Sequence record: DRR723986_4708
Reading direction: 5' to 3' (one strand)
Length of the DNA: 33,070 nt
Below, piece after piece: positions 8,067 through 16,402 of this stretch. Position numbers and translations under genes: made by a program. Below the pieces are notes generated by a model. That model saw nothing but the letters and a program-made list of their open reading frames with translations. It was not told the DNA's origin and ran no database searches. How positions within the stretch are numbered: the first letter of the stretch is position 1; each line of letters starts with the position of its first letter.

Positions 8067-9017
8067 TCAGAGGCCCAGCAACTGTCCCGGGTTCTTCCGC
8101 ACCATGGCATCGATGTCGGTCTGCGGAATCCCTTCGGCAAGAAGGCCGTTGACCAGTTCGATCATGCCGTCGGGATGAAGCGGGTTTCCGGTCTGCCCGA
8201 GGTCGCTGGCAAGTATGAAATGCTCCGCGCCGATCTGTTTCACGGCCTCGGCCATGTCGGGTATCGAGTTCGGTTTGCGAGCCCTGAGCCACGGGAGATG
8301 CGCATGCGGCGTCCCGAGATGATCGAGATAGATCAGTTCGAGATAGGCTCCCATCGAGGCCGCTTCCTGCATCTGTTCGATGGTCAGGCCGGGGTTTTCC
8401 GCCATGGCATGGGTGACGACGATCTTGCCGATCCCCTTTTCCGTCGCACGGCGGATCACCGCAAGCACCTCTTCGGGATAAAGATGGCCGGTCTCGAGGA
8501 TCAGGTCATGCTCGAGCACGGCATCGAGCACCTCCTCCGTTTCCGGAGTGAGCGCACCGTCCTCGAGAACCCGGATGCCGCCGGGCTGGCCACCCTTCGA
8601 TTCGCGGTGGAAGGCGGAATCGAAGGTCGGAAACCACACGACCTTGCCGCGGCCGCCGGACATCTTCGCCATCGTGCGCACGGCCTCGGCATTGATGCCG
8701 CCCACCGCGTAGTTCAGCACGACACCGCCGAAGACCTCGAGGCCGGGGACCTGCGCATTGACCAGCGCCGCGCGGTCCGACGTCATGGTGACGTGGTTCT
8801 TGAGCACCAGTCCGCCCATGTCGTGACGGGCGGCGATCTCGGCAAGTTCGATGTCGGACAGGTTGCGCGACGAAATGTCGGGTGACGTGTGAACGTGGAA
8901 GTCTATGGCGCCCCGGATCGGATTTGAATCCGTCGCCGCCACTTGGGCGGCTGCCGGTGTCTGGGTCAGCCAAAGCGCCGCGGTCGCAGCGAGGGCGCCT
9001 TTCAGAATATGGGTCAT
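8067..9017 (-). CDS. Exported amidohydrolase-superfamily metalloprotein (DUF6282-like)
   Basis: ATG at 9017 after AGGAGGAGG; signal peptide ending AAA-Q; motifs GAIDFHVHTSPD, LKNH, WFPT, TGHL, VTHA, ASDLGQ. Confidence 0.78.
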   Translation of the reverse strand: MTHILKGALAATAALWLTQTPAAAQVAATDSNPIRGAIDFHVHTSPDISSRNLSDIELAEIAARHDMGGLVLKNHVTMTSDRAALVNAQVPGLEVFGGVVLNYAVGGINAEAVRTMAKMSGGRGKVVWFPTFDSAFHRESKGGQPGGIRVLEDGALTPETEEVLDAVLEHDLILETGHLYPEEVLAVIRRATEKGIGKIVVTHAMAENPGLTIEQMQEAASMGAYLELIYLDHLGTPHAHLPWLRARKPNSIPDMAEAVKQIGAEHFILASDLGQTGNPLHPDGMIELVNGLLAEGIPQTDIDAMVRKNPGQLLGL

Positions 9018-9041
9018 GTGTCCTCCTCCTGTTGGTATGAG

Positions 9042-9070
9042 AAGGCTCCGGGCCGATGGTCCGGAGCCTT
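9042..9070 (-). terminator. Stem-loop after second tctC
   Basis: AAGGCTCCGG-N9-CCGGAGCCTT perfect 10-bp inverted repeat. Confidence 0.55.
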
Positions 9071-9076
9071 GGTTCG

Positions 9077-10048
9077 TCATTTCTTCGAGAGGAAGATGTC
9101 CTTGTACTGCGCGTTGAACTCGTACTCTTTCTTCAGGTAATCGACGGTTTCCTCTGCCGACAGGAAGTAGGGGGTCATCTTGACCTTGGCGTATTCGGTC
9201 TTCAGCGCATCGCTCTCGGCCAGCTCGGCCAAGGCCGCGGTCAGGGTCTCGACGGCCTCGGCAGAGGCTTCGGGCGGCAGCGCGACCCAGAACAGGCGGT
9301 CGGGCATCTCGACGTCGATCCCCTGTTCGGCGAAGGTCGCGACATCGGGGAGCCCTTCGAAACGCTTGGACGCCGGGGTGCCAAGCGCCCGCATGTCGCC
9401 GCTTTCGAGATAGCTCTGCACGGCACCGACCTGCACTTCGGACACGTCGACGTGCTGGCCAAGGATGCTGACGATCTTCTCACCGATCCCGCCGACGTCG
9501 ATGTTGTGCATCTCCACACCGGCCGCCTGCTCGAAGGCGGCGGCGTGCACGTGAGTTTGGCTGCCGAAGTTGATGCCGTTCTTGACCGATCCGGGGTTGG
9601 CCTTCGCCGCTTCGACGACGTCTTCCATGTTCTGGTAGGGCGAGTTGCCGGAGGTGACCCAGATCGACCCCTCGGACAGGCCTACGGAGCCAAGGACGGT
9701 CAGGTCGTCGAAGGCGAAGTCGATCGCACCCGTCAGCATGCTGCCAAGGACGCCCGAGTGGTGGAACAGCATGGTATAGCCGTCCGGGTCCGCCTGATAG
9801 ACGTTCGTGGTGGCGATGCTGCCGGAGGCCCCGGCGATGTTCACGGGCACCACCGTCGAGCCGAGAGCGGCCTCGAGCTGGCTGGCGAAGATGCGGCCCA
9901 GCAGATCGGTGTCGCCGCCGGGGTTGTACGGGATCACCAGCTGGATCGGCTTCGTCGGGTAGTCCTGTGCGTGTGCACTGCCGGCAGCCAGCACGCCGAG
10001 CGCCGGAAGGGCTGCCGTGGCGATCGCCTTGAGGGTATGAAGTTTCAT
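9077..10048 (-). CDS. tctC: TTT substrate-binding protein TctC (Bug family)
   Basis: ATG at 10048 after AGGAGGAG; signal peptide ending AHA-Q; motifs YPTKPIQLVIPYNPGGDTD, ADPDGYTML, PDVATFAEQG. Confidence 0.92.
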   Translation of the reverse strand: MKLHTLKAIATAALPALGVLAAGSAHAQDYPTKPIQLVIPYNPGGDTDLLGRIFASQLEAALGSTVVPVNIAGASGSIATTNVYQADPDGYTMLFHHSGVLGSMLTGAIDFAFDDLTVLGSVGLSEGSIWVTSGNSPYQNMEDVVEAAKANPGSVKNGINFGSQTHVHAAAFEQAAGVEMHNIDVGGIGEKIVSILGQHVDVSEVQVGAVQSYLESGDMRALGTPASKRFEGLPDVATFAEQGIDVEMPDRLFWVALPPEASAEAVETLTAALAELAESDALKTEYAKVKMTPYFLSAEETVDYLKKEYEFNAQYKDIFLSKK

Positions 10049-10077
10049 GGTTATCTCCTCCTGTTGAAACGGGTCGT

Positions 10078-11580
10078 TCAGTTTTGCGGGACCGGGCGAA
10101 GGCGGCTGTAGGCCGCCGTGATCAGGGGCAGGGCGATGAAGACCAGCGACAGCAGCAGGAAGGCGCCGCTGATCGGACGGGTCAGGAACTCCGTAAGGTC
10201 GCCCTTGGACGCGGTCAGGGCCCGGTAGAAGTTGGTTTCGACGATGGGCCCGAGAATGAAGCCCAGCACCGCCGGTTGCAGCGGAAAGCCGAAGGTGCGC
10301 AGGGCAAAGCCAAGCCCGCCGAACATCACCATCGACCAGACGTCGAAGGCGCGGTTGTTCAGCCCGAAGGCCCCGACGAGGCACATCACCACGACCAGCG
10401 GCATGAGGACGTTCTTCGGCGTGCGGACGATGCGGATGAACAGCGGCATCAGCAGGAACATGAAGGCCGCCATGGCGAAGGACGCGACGACGAGCGAGGT
10501 GAAGATGCCGTAGACCAGCTCGCCCTGGGTCAGGAACAGAAGCGGCCCGGGCTGGATGTTGTTCATGATGAAGGCCCCGAGCAGGATCGAGGCGACGGTG
10601 TCGCCGGGAATGCCCAGTGCCAGAAGCGGCACGAGCGCCCCGCCGATGCACGCGTTGTTGGCGCTTTCCGAAGCCGCGACGCCGTCGACGATGCCGGTGC
10701 CGTACTGGTCACCCCGGCGCGACGTCTTCTTGGCCGCAAGATAGCCCGTCAGGCTGGCGGTGCTGACGCCGATCCCCGGCAGGATGCCGATTCCGGTGCC
10801 GACGGTCGCCGCGACGAGGAAGGTCCGGATGTTGCCGATGACATCGGCCAGCTTGAGGCCGACCTCCTTCGTGGCCTCGCCCAGCTTGCGCATGGTCGCC
10901 TTGGCCGGACCGTTGCCGGAATCGTGCAGCAGTTCCGAGATCGCGAAGAGGCCGACGAGGAAGGGCACCATGGCAAAGCCCGCCTGCAGATCGACATGGC
11001 CGCCCGTCAGGCGCTCGATGCCGCCCACCGGGCTCATCCCCACCATGGCGATTGCGATGCCGATCACGCCGCTGATGAACCCCTTGATCATGGATCCCGC
11101 ACTCAGGCTGGCGATCAGCGACAGTGCGAAGAACGAGACGGCGAAATACTCGAAAGGCGTGAACTTCAGCGCGAACCTCGCCAGCATGGGGGCAAAGATC
11201 GCAAGCACGGCGATCCCGAACAGGGTGCCCAGGAAGGAGAACAGCACGGCGGCGCTCAGCGCCTTCTTCGCTTCACCCTTCATCGCCATCGGATAGCCGT
11301 CGAAGAGCGTCGCGACGGAGCCGGGCGTACCGGGAAGGTTCATCATGATCGCGGGGATCAGCCCGCCCGAGATGCCGCCGATGAACAGCCCGCAGAGAAG
11401 CGACAGACCGTGCAGGGCCGGCATGGTGAAGGTCAGCGGCAGGCACAGGATCAGGCCCATCGAGGCGGTCAGCCCGGGGACGGATCCGAACACGATGCCG
11501 AGGGCGACGCCGCCGAACACCAGCAGGATGCAGTAGATGTCGAGCGCGGCCGTGGCGCCCTGCAGAAAAACGTCGAACAT
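10078..11580 (-). CDS. tctA: TTT large permease TctA
   Basis: 500 aa from ATG at 11580; motifs GSVPGL, NLPGTP, DGYPMA, ASESANNA, LALGIPGD, QPGPLLF. Confidence 0.94.
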   Translation of the reverse strand: MFDVFLQGATAALDIYCILLVFGGVALGIVFGSVPGLTASMGLILCLPLTFTMPALHGLSLLCGLFIGGISGGLIPAIMMNLPGTPGSVATLFDGYPMAMKGEAKKALSAAVLFSFLGTLFGIAVLAIFAPMLARFALKFTPFEYFAVSFFALSLIASLSAGSMIKGFISGVIGIAIAMVGMSPVGGIERLTGGHVDLQAGFAMVPFLVGLFAISELLHDSGNGPAKATMRKLGEATKEVGLKLADVIGNIRTFLVAATVGTGIGILPGIGVSTASLTGYLAAKKTSRRGDQYGTGIVDGVAASESANNACIGGALVPLLALGIPGDTVASILLGAFIMNNIQPGPLLFLTQGELVYGIFTSLVVASFAMAAFMFLLMPLFIRIVRTPKNVLMPLVVVMCLVGAFGLNNRAFDVWSMVMFGGLGFALRTFGFPLQPAVLGFILGPIVETNFYRALTASKGDLTEFLTRPISGAFLLLSLVFIALPLITAAYSRLRPVPQN

Positions 11581-11582
11581 GG

Positions 11583-12086
11583 TCAGCTCCCCAGGAGGCC
11601 CTGCGGCAGCGGCATCGACAGCAGGTGCCAGAACAACAGGTTGACGATGACAGGGAATGCGATCGCAATGATCGCGGTGCGCAGCGGTCTGAAGGTGCCG
11701 GCCTCGTAGGTGAGGATGTAGCACTGTGCGAAGATGTAGAGGATCGAGGTCAGCACGAAGCCCAGCCATTCGAAGCAGGCCGCGGCGGCGACGATCAGGA
11801 ACACGGTGGCCAGCAGTCGGCCGGGATAGGCGAAATGCCGGTCAGCCGATTGCGCCTCGCGCTCCAGCGCGGCGGCATCCGGGTTCGGGTCGCCGAACGG
11901 CACGAAGGTCATGATCAGCAATCCGCAGCTCAGCGCGCCGAGGATCAAGGCGACGAGGCGCGGCGCGAGGCTCATGTCGAGCCCGGCAACCACCGTTTCG
12001 CCGGGACCGGGCAGGCTCGTGTACATCGCGATCGCGGCCAGCAGGATCGCGACCCCGGCGATGCCGTCCGTCAGTTTCTTGGTCAT
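11583..12086 (-). CDS. tctB: TTT small permease TctB
   Basis: 167 aa with about 4-5 hydrophobic segments and C-terminal LFWHLLSMPLPQG; directly upstream of tctA. Confidence 0.85.
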   Translation of the reverse strand: MTKKLTDGIAGVAILLAAIAMYTSLPGPGETVVAGLDMSLAPRLVALILGALSCGLLIMTFVPFGDPNPDAAALEREAQSADRHFAYPGRLLATVFLIVAAAACFEWLGFVLTSILYIFAQCYILTYEAGTFRPLRTAIIAIAFPVIVNLLFWHLLSMPLPQGLLGS

Positions 12087-12198
12087 ATGTTCTCCCCCTT
12101 CGTGATGCCGTGTTCGGCCGCGCGATGTGGCCGGCTGCGTCGACGCAGCAAACGGCGGAGGCCCGCGGCATCATGCGGCCCCCGACGCTCCGGGATGA

Positions 12199-13179
12199 TC
12201 AGGCGACGCGGTAGCACTCCGTCGCTTGGCCGAACAGCGCGCGTGCCGTTTCCCGCGCGATCGAACAGGCGACGCGGCACAGGCTTTCCTGCGTGGCGCC
12301 GCCGTAGTGTGGCGTTGCAATGAAATTCGGCAAGGACAGCAGCGGGTGATCGACCGCCGGCGGCTCTTGCTGGAAGACGTCCATTCCGGCAGCGCCGATC
12401 GTTCCGTCCGCCAGCCCGGCGGCAAGGGCCATCTCGTCGACAATCCCGCCGCGCGAGGTGTTCACGAGGATGAGCCCGGGCTTGGCAGCCGCAAGCACCT
12501 CCTGCGAAATCAGGTTCGTCGTCTCCGCCGTGCGCGGCAGGTTGATGCTGACGAAATCGCAGGCTGCGAAGAGGTCGGTGAGCCTGTCCATCCGGGCCAC
12601 GTCGGTCCGCTCCTGCCAGAAGCTGTCGGGCAGCTTCGGATCATAGGCGACGACGTCCATCTCGAAAGCCTTGCGCAGGATATCCGCCGTCATCCGTGCG
12701 ATCCGGCCGTATCCGACAAAGCCTGCGCGGTTGCGGTACAGTTCGCGGCACCCCGTGCCCTTGCGCCCTTCGGTCCAGCCGTCGTTCCGCACCAGATGAT
12801 GCGCGTGTGTCACGCGACGGGCCGCCGCCAGCATCAGCGTCACCGAAAGCTCGGCCACCGATTGCGAGTTCTCGAAGGGCGTGTTGAGCACCACGATGTT
12901 GCGCTCGCGCGCGGCGTTCATGTCGACCGAGTCGACGCCCGCCCCGTGCCGGCCGATGACCTTCAGCCGCTTGGCCGCGCGAATGTCCTCGCCGCGCAGG
13001 TCGAGGCCGCGGAGGATCACCGCGTCGGCCTCCTCGCGCCAGTTCTCGATCCGGGCCTCGTCCCAGGTGACGACATCGAGCCGCGGATCGGCCTTGAGAA
13101 GGGCCACGGCATCGCCGTGAATGGGCGCCCGCAGGAAGACCGTCCTGCGCTCACCCGGAACCGGCTGCACGTCATTCAT
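12199..13179 (-). CDS. D-2-hydroxyacid dehydrogenase (phosphoglycerate-dehydrogenase-like, no ACT domain; likely NAD-dependent)
   Basis: ATG at 13179 overlaps the upstream stop. Motifs RHGAGVD, NSQSVAE, GYGRIA...YDP, NTSRG, DVFQQEP, TPH. Confidence 0.9.
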   Translation of the reverse strand: MNDVQPVPGERRTVFLRAPIHGDAVALLKADPRLDVVTWDEARIENWREEADAVILRGLDLRGEDIRAAKRLKVIGRHGAGVDSVDMNAARERNIVVLNTPFENSQSVAELSVTLMLAAARRVTHAHHLVRNDGWTEGRKGTGCRELYRNRAGFVGYGRIARMTADILRKAFEMDVVAYDPKLPDSFWQERTDVARMDRLTDLFAACDFVSINLPRTAETTNLISQEVLAAAKPGLILVNTSRGGIVDEMALAAGLADGTIGAAGMDVFQQEPPAVDHPLLSLPNFIATPHYGGATQESLCRVACSIARETARALFGQATECYRVA

Positions 13180-13867
13180 AGGCGGCCTCGATGATCTCGC
13201 AGCCCGCCTTTTCAAGCGCGGCATCGACCCAGCTGCGGTCCAGCGTGCCGTCCTTGCCGGCGGCGACCTTGGCCTGATCCTTGTCCGACAGGGCGCGGCC
13301 CTTGGCGAGAACGTCCTCCGCGTCGGTGCGCGGCACGATCACGACCCCGTCGTTATCGGCCAGAACGATGTCGCCGGGGTTGACCACGCACCCCTCGAAA
13401 GAGATCGGCACGTTGACCTGACCCGGCCCCTGCTTCATCGGTCCACCCGGACGGGTGCCCGTTGCGAAGACCGGAAGCCCCAGCGTATCGAGGCTGTCGA
13501 TATCGCGGATCGGGCCGTCGAAGACGATGGCGGCCACCTTCTTGAATTTGGCGTAGCCGAACATGACCTCGCCCATCAGCGCCTGGGTCTGGGCGCCGCC
13601 GTTGGAAACGATGATGACGTCGCCTTCCTGCGCCATGTTCAGCGCCTTGTGGATCATCAGGTTGTCTCCCGCCGCGACCTGCACCGTCAGCGCCACGCCG
13701 GCAACGGGCTGCGGCAGGCGCGGTCCCTGGAGGCGCGTGGTTGCCGGCAGCGAGTTCAGACGGTTCATGACATCGGCGACATTGGCCGTCGGCAGGGCAC
13801 TGAGGGATTTCACCACTGCGGGCGACGGGAGCTTGCGGTCGCAGTACACGCGGAAGCCAACGGTCAT
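13172..13867 (-). CDS. RraA-family protein / HMG-CHA aldolase-like (class II pyruvate aldolase fold)
   Basis: ATG at 13867 after AGGAG. Motifs ANVAD, GDNLMIHKAL, E-X20-R-D (GEVM...DGPIRD), VNPGDIVLADNDGVV. Confidence 0.88.
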   Translation of the reverse strand: MTVGFRVYCDRKLPSPAVVKSLSALPTANVADVMNRLNSLPATTRLQGPRLPQPVAGVALTVQVAAGDNLMIHKALNMAQEGDVIIVSNGGAQTQALMGEVMFGYAKFKKVAAIVFDGPIRDIDSLDTLGLPVFATGTRPGGPMKQGPGQVNVPISFEGCVVNPGDIVLADNDGVVIVPRTDAEDVLAKGRALSDKDQAKVAAGKDGTLDRSWVDAALEKAGCEIIEAAYE

Positions 13868-13975
13868 CTCGAACTCCTGGATATTTATGAGCCCGGTTCC
13901 TCGCGGCCGGACTGCCGTGTCGAGTTCCGTCTTGCCAAAGGTGCATGATAACTTCAAATTCCAAATAATCATGAA

Positions 13976-13996
13976 TTGATGATCTGAGGTTATCAA
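13976..13996. promoter_or_regulatory. LysR-type binding box (T-N11-A dyad) abutting the LysR start codon
   Basis: TTGAT-GATCTGAGGTT-ATCAA: 5-bp dyad with an 11-nt core, in the AT-rich divergent intergenic region. Confidence 0.65.
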
Positions 13997-14874
13997 TGGA
14001 CGTCAGAGATCTCAGCTACTTCCGGGTGATCGCGGAACTCGGCCACATGGGCAGGGCAGCCGAACGGTTGCACCTGACCCAGCCGGCCCTGACCAAGGCA
14101 ATGCAAAGGCTCGAGGAATCCCTCGACGGCAAGCTGTTCCTGCGAGAGGGCCGTGGCATCGTGCTGACCGAACTGGGTCGGGTCCTGCTGGAGAAAAGCA
14201 CGGTGATCGAGCGGATGATGACCGAGACTCGACGCGAGCTGCACAGCTTTGCCCAGGGCGAGGCCGGCCACATCCGGTTTGGCTGCGCGCCGACGCTCGC
14301 CAAGTACTACTTGCCCGAAATCGTGCGCAAACTGCTTGCGAAAAGTCCGAAGGTGACGATCGACCTCGAAACGAATGTCAGCGGTCCGCTCCTGACGGCG
14401 CTGCGCCAGCACAGGCTCGACGCGGTGCTGACCCATGTCACCGGGCCGATGGACGGGTTCGAAGTGTCTCCGGTGCTGAAGGATGAAGTTGCCATCGTCG
14501 GCAGCTGGGCGCACCCGCTGGCCGGGCGCACGGTTCAGGTCAGGGATCTGCAAAAGTACAACTGGGTCCTGCCCACGGAATCCGCGCTCGTGCCGTGGCT
14601 GGGCGACCTGTTCAAACGGCACGGTTGCCCGCCTCCAATGGCCCAGATCCGGGCGACCTCGATCCTCTATCTGCCCTCGCTGATCGGCGGAACGGAGCTG
14701 CTCAGCCTCTTGTCGACCAGAAACCTGCAGGACGATGTGACAGGCCAGCATCTCACGCAGATCCACGTGGCCGACGAACGACACTATCGCACCTTCGGCC
14801 TTGTGTCGCGCGACCGGGAGACCCTGTCGCCGGCCACGCGGTGCCTGTTCGAGATCGTCGTCGACACGTTGTAA
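13996..14874 (+). CDS. LysR-family transcriptional regulator
   Basis: 292 aa; N-terminal HTH RAAERLHLTQPALTKAMQRLEE...LFLREGRGIVLT; divergent from the catabolic run. Confidence 0.95.
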   Translation: MDVRDLSYFRVIAELGHMGRAAERLHLTQPALTKAMQRLEESLDGKLFLREGRGIVLTELGRVLLEKSTVIERMMTETRRELHSFAQGEAGHIRFGCAPTLAKYYLPEIVRKLLAKSPKVTIDLETNVSGPLLTALRQHRLDAVLTHVTGPMDGFEVSPVLKDEVAIVGSWAHPLAGRTVQVRDLQKYNWVLPTESALVPWLGDLFKRHGCPPPMAQIRATSILYLPSLIGGTELLSLLSTRNLQDDVTGQHLTQIHVADERHYRTFGLVSRDRETLSPATRCLFEIVVDTL

Positions 14875-14959
14875 GTTGTAACCTGGTCCCGCCATTGCGG
14901 TATCGGGCGGATTTTCCGGTCGAGGCCGACGGCAGGCGCGGGTGGTCGGGGCGACGATC

Positions 14960-15073
14960 ACGCTTGTGGTTCCAGCCGTGCCCTTGGACCTTGCGCGGGT
15001 AGAGGACGCGCAGGCCGAAGCCTCGGTTCCTCTTCGTTTCCGTCAGCCCGAAGAGCAGATCGGCGATCCGCTC
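14960..15073 (-). mobile_element. Decayed IS3-family (IS407 group) OrfB transposase fragment
   Basis: Manual translation gives ERIADLLFGLTETKRNRGFGLRVLYPRKVQGHGWNHKR, matching the remembered pattern IADLLxGLT...WGFGLCFLYLRNVxGxxWNHKRV with several substitutions. No start codon or DDE domain. Confidence 0.75.
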
Positions 15074-15619
15074 GGTCGATCTCCAGCCTGCTGCTGCGAC
15101 GGCGCGGTGCAGGGGTACTTCCCGAACTGATCTAAGCGGCGGCAGAGCGTTAGTCTACGGGGCGGCGGCACGCAGGACGCATCCTCATGAGGAGTCGGGC
15201 AAGATCGCTTGCCTCGTCACGCTGCGGATAATGCGGATTATGTAAAGGCAAATGGTTTGCGGGTCGCGCCGCGTGTCGCTAAAATTGACGCCGCCGGGCA
15301 GGACCGCTTCCCGCTGCGCATGCGTCAAGGGCTCCGAGGTCACCGCGTAGGACCGCATGCGCACGCCGACATGATTCTGGCGTGGACGTCCGCTCTGGAC
15401 AGGTAAACGCCGGTTCGTGGTTGCTCGAAACGACGCCTCAGCGCGTCGACGTGACGCCTTTTCTTCACGACGGTGCGCGATGCTCATCTGAGAATCTCGC
15501 GGCACAGCAAATAGTTGCATAATCAGTCGAAGCCCCTAGGAACTCCCCGCCTCAATCCGTGAACTTTTTATTGCACAGTGAGCGTTTTTTCACGTACCAC
15601 TGCCTTGGGAGGCAGGGAT

Positions 15620-16402
15620 ATGAGCGAAATCCAGCGTCACGAAACGATCGCGGGCCTGTTGACCGAGCGCGCCTTTGCCTCGGCCAAGGAGTTGCAGGTG
15701 ATGTTCAACGTCTCTGCCGCGACCATCCGGCGGGACATCGACAAGCTGCACGAGGCCGGCGTGGCGCAGAAGGTCCACGGAGGCATCGCGGCGCTGGACG
15801 GGCCACCGCGTCAGCGCGCCGTGTCGCTGCCCTTCATCGAGAACCGCGACATCGCCGTCGCGGCCAAGACTGCCATCGCCCATGAGGCCGGCAAACTGGT
15901 GCGGGACGGCAGCCTCATCATCGTGCACGGCGGTTCGACCTGCTTTCACTTCGGCCGGCATATCGCCAACCGCAACGTGCGGGTGTTCACCAATTCCATG
16001 CCGCTGGCGGGCTACCTCTCGGAACACGGCACCTGCCAGCTGACGGTGGGCGGCGGCGACCTGCACCGCGAACCCGGCATCCTCTATGACCCGGCGCGCG
16101 GCAGCTACGAATTCTACGCCTCGCAGTTCTTCGTCGGCAGCCTCGGGGTCAGTCCGGAGGGCCTTCTGGAAAGCCACCCGCTGCTGGTGCGGTTCATCAA
16201 CGACATGTGCGACCTGTCCAACGAGATCATCGTGCTGGTCGACAGCCGCAAGTTCGCCGAGCGCCCGCCCAAGCTGGCGCTGCCCTTCGCCCGCGTGACC
16301 CGGCTGATCACCGACGATGGGCTGAGCGACCGCGACGCCGCGATGCTGGAGGATCAGGGCGTGTCCTTCACCGTGGCGCAGACCCGGTCGGGCGCGGCAT
16401 GA
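15620..16402 (+). CDS. DeoR/GlpR-family transcriptional regulator
   Basis: ATG at 15620. [18 protein letters not shown]...VHGG; sensor-domain motifs GGST, VFTNS, VDSRKF, LITDDG. Confidence 0.93.
   Translation: MSEIQRHETIAGLLTERAFASAKELQVMFNVSAATIRRDIDKLHEAGVAQKVHGGIAALDGPPRQRAVSLPFIENRDIAVAAKTAIAHEAGKLVRDGSLIIVHGGSTCFHFGRHIANRNVRVFTNSMPLAGYLSEHGTCQLTVGGGDLHREPGILYDPARGSYEFYASQFFVGSLGVSPEGLLESHPLLVRFINDMCDLSNEIIVLVDSRKFAERPPKLALPFARVTRLITDDGLSDRDAAMLEDQGVSFTVAQTRSGAA

Noticed and set aside
12199-13179. serA for serine biosynthesis
   Set aside because: No C-terminal regulatory domain and it sits in a catabolic transport operon; only the family-level call is supported.
13172-13867. RNase E regulator RraA or MenG methyltransferase
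   Set aside because: Length (231 aa), the E-X20-R-D motif and the catabolic context fit the aldolase-like branch better.
15185-15520. Small ORFs in the gap before the DeoR gene
   Set aside because: No clear RBS, motif or coding-like composition; treated as non-coding.
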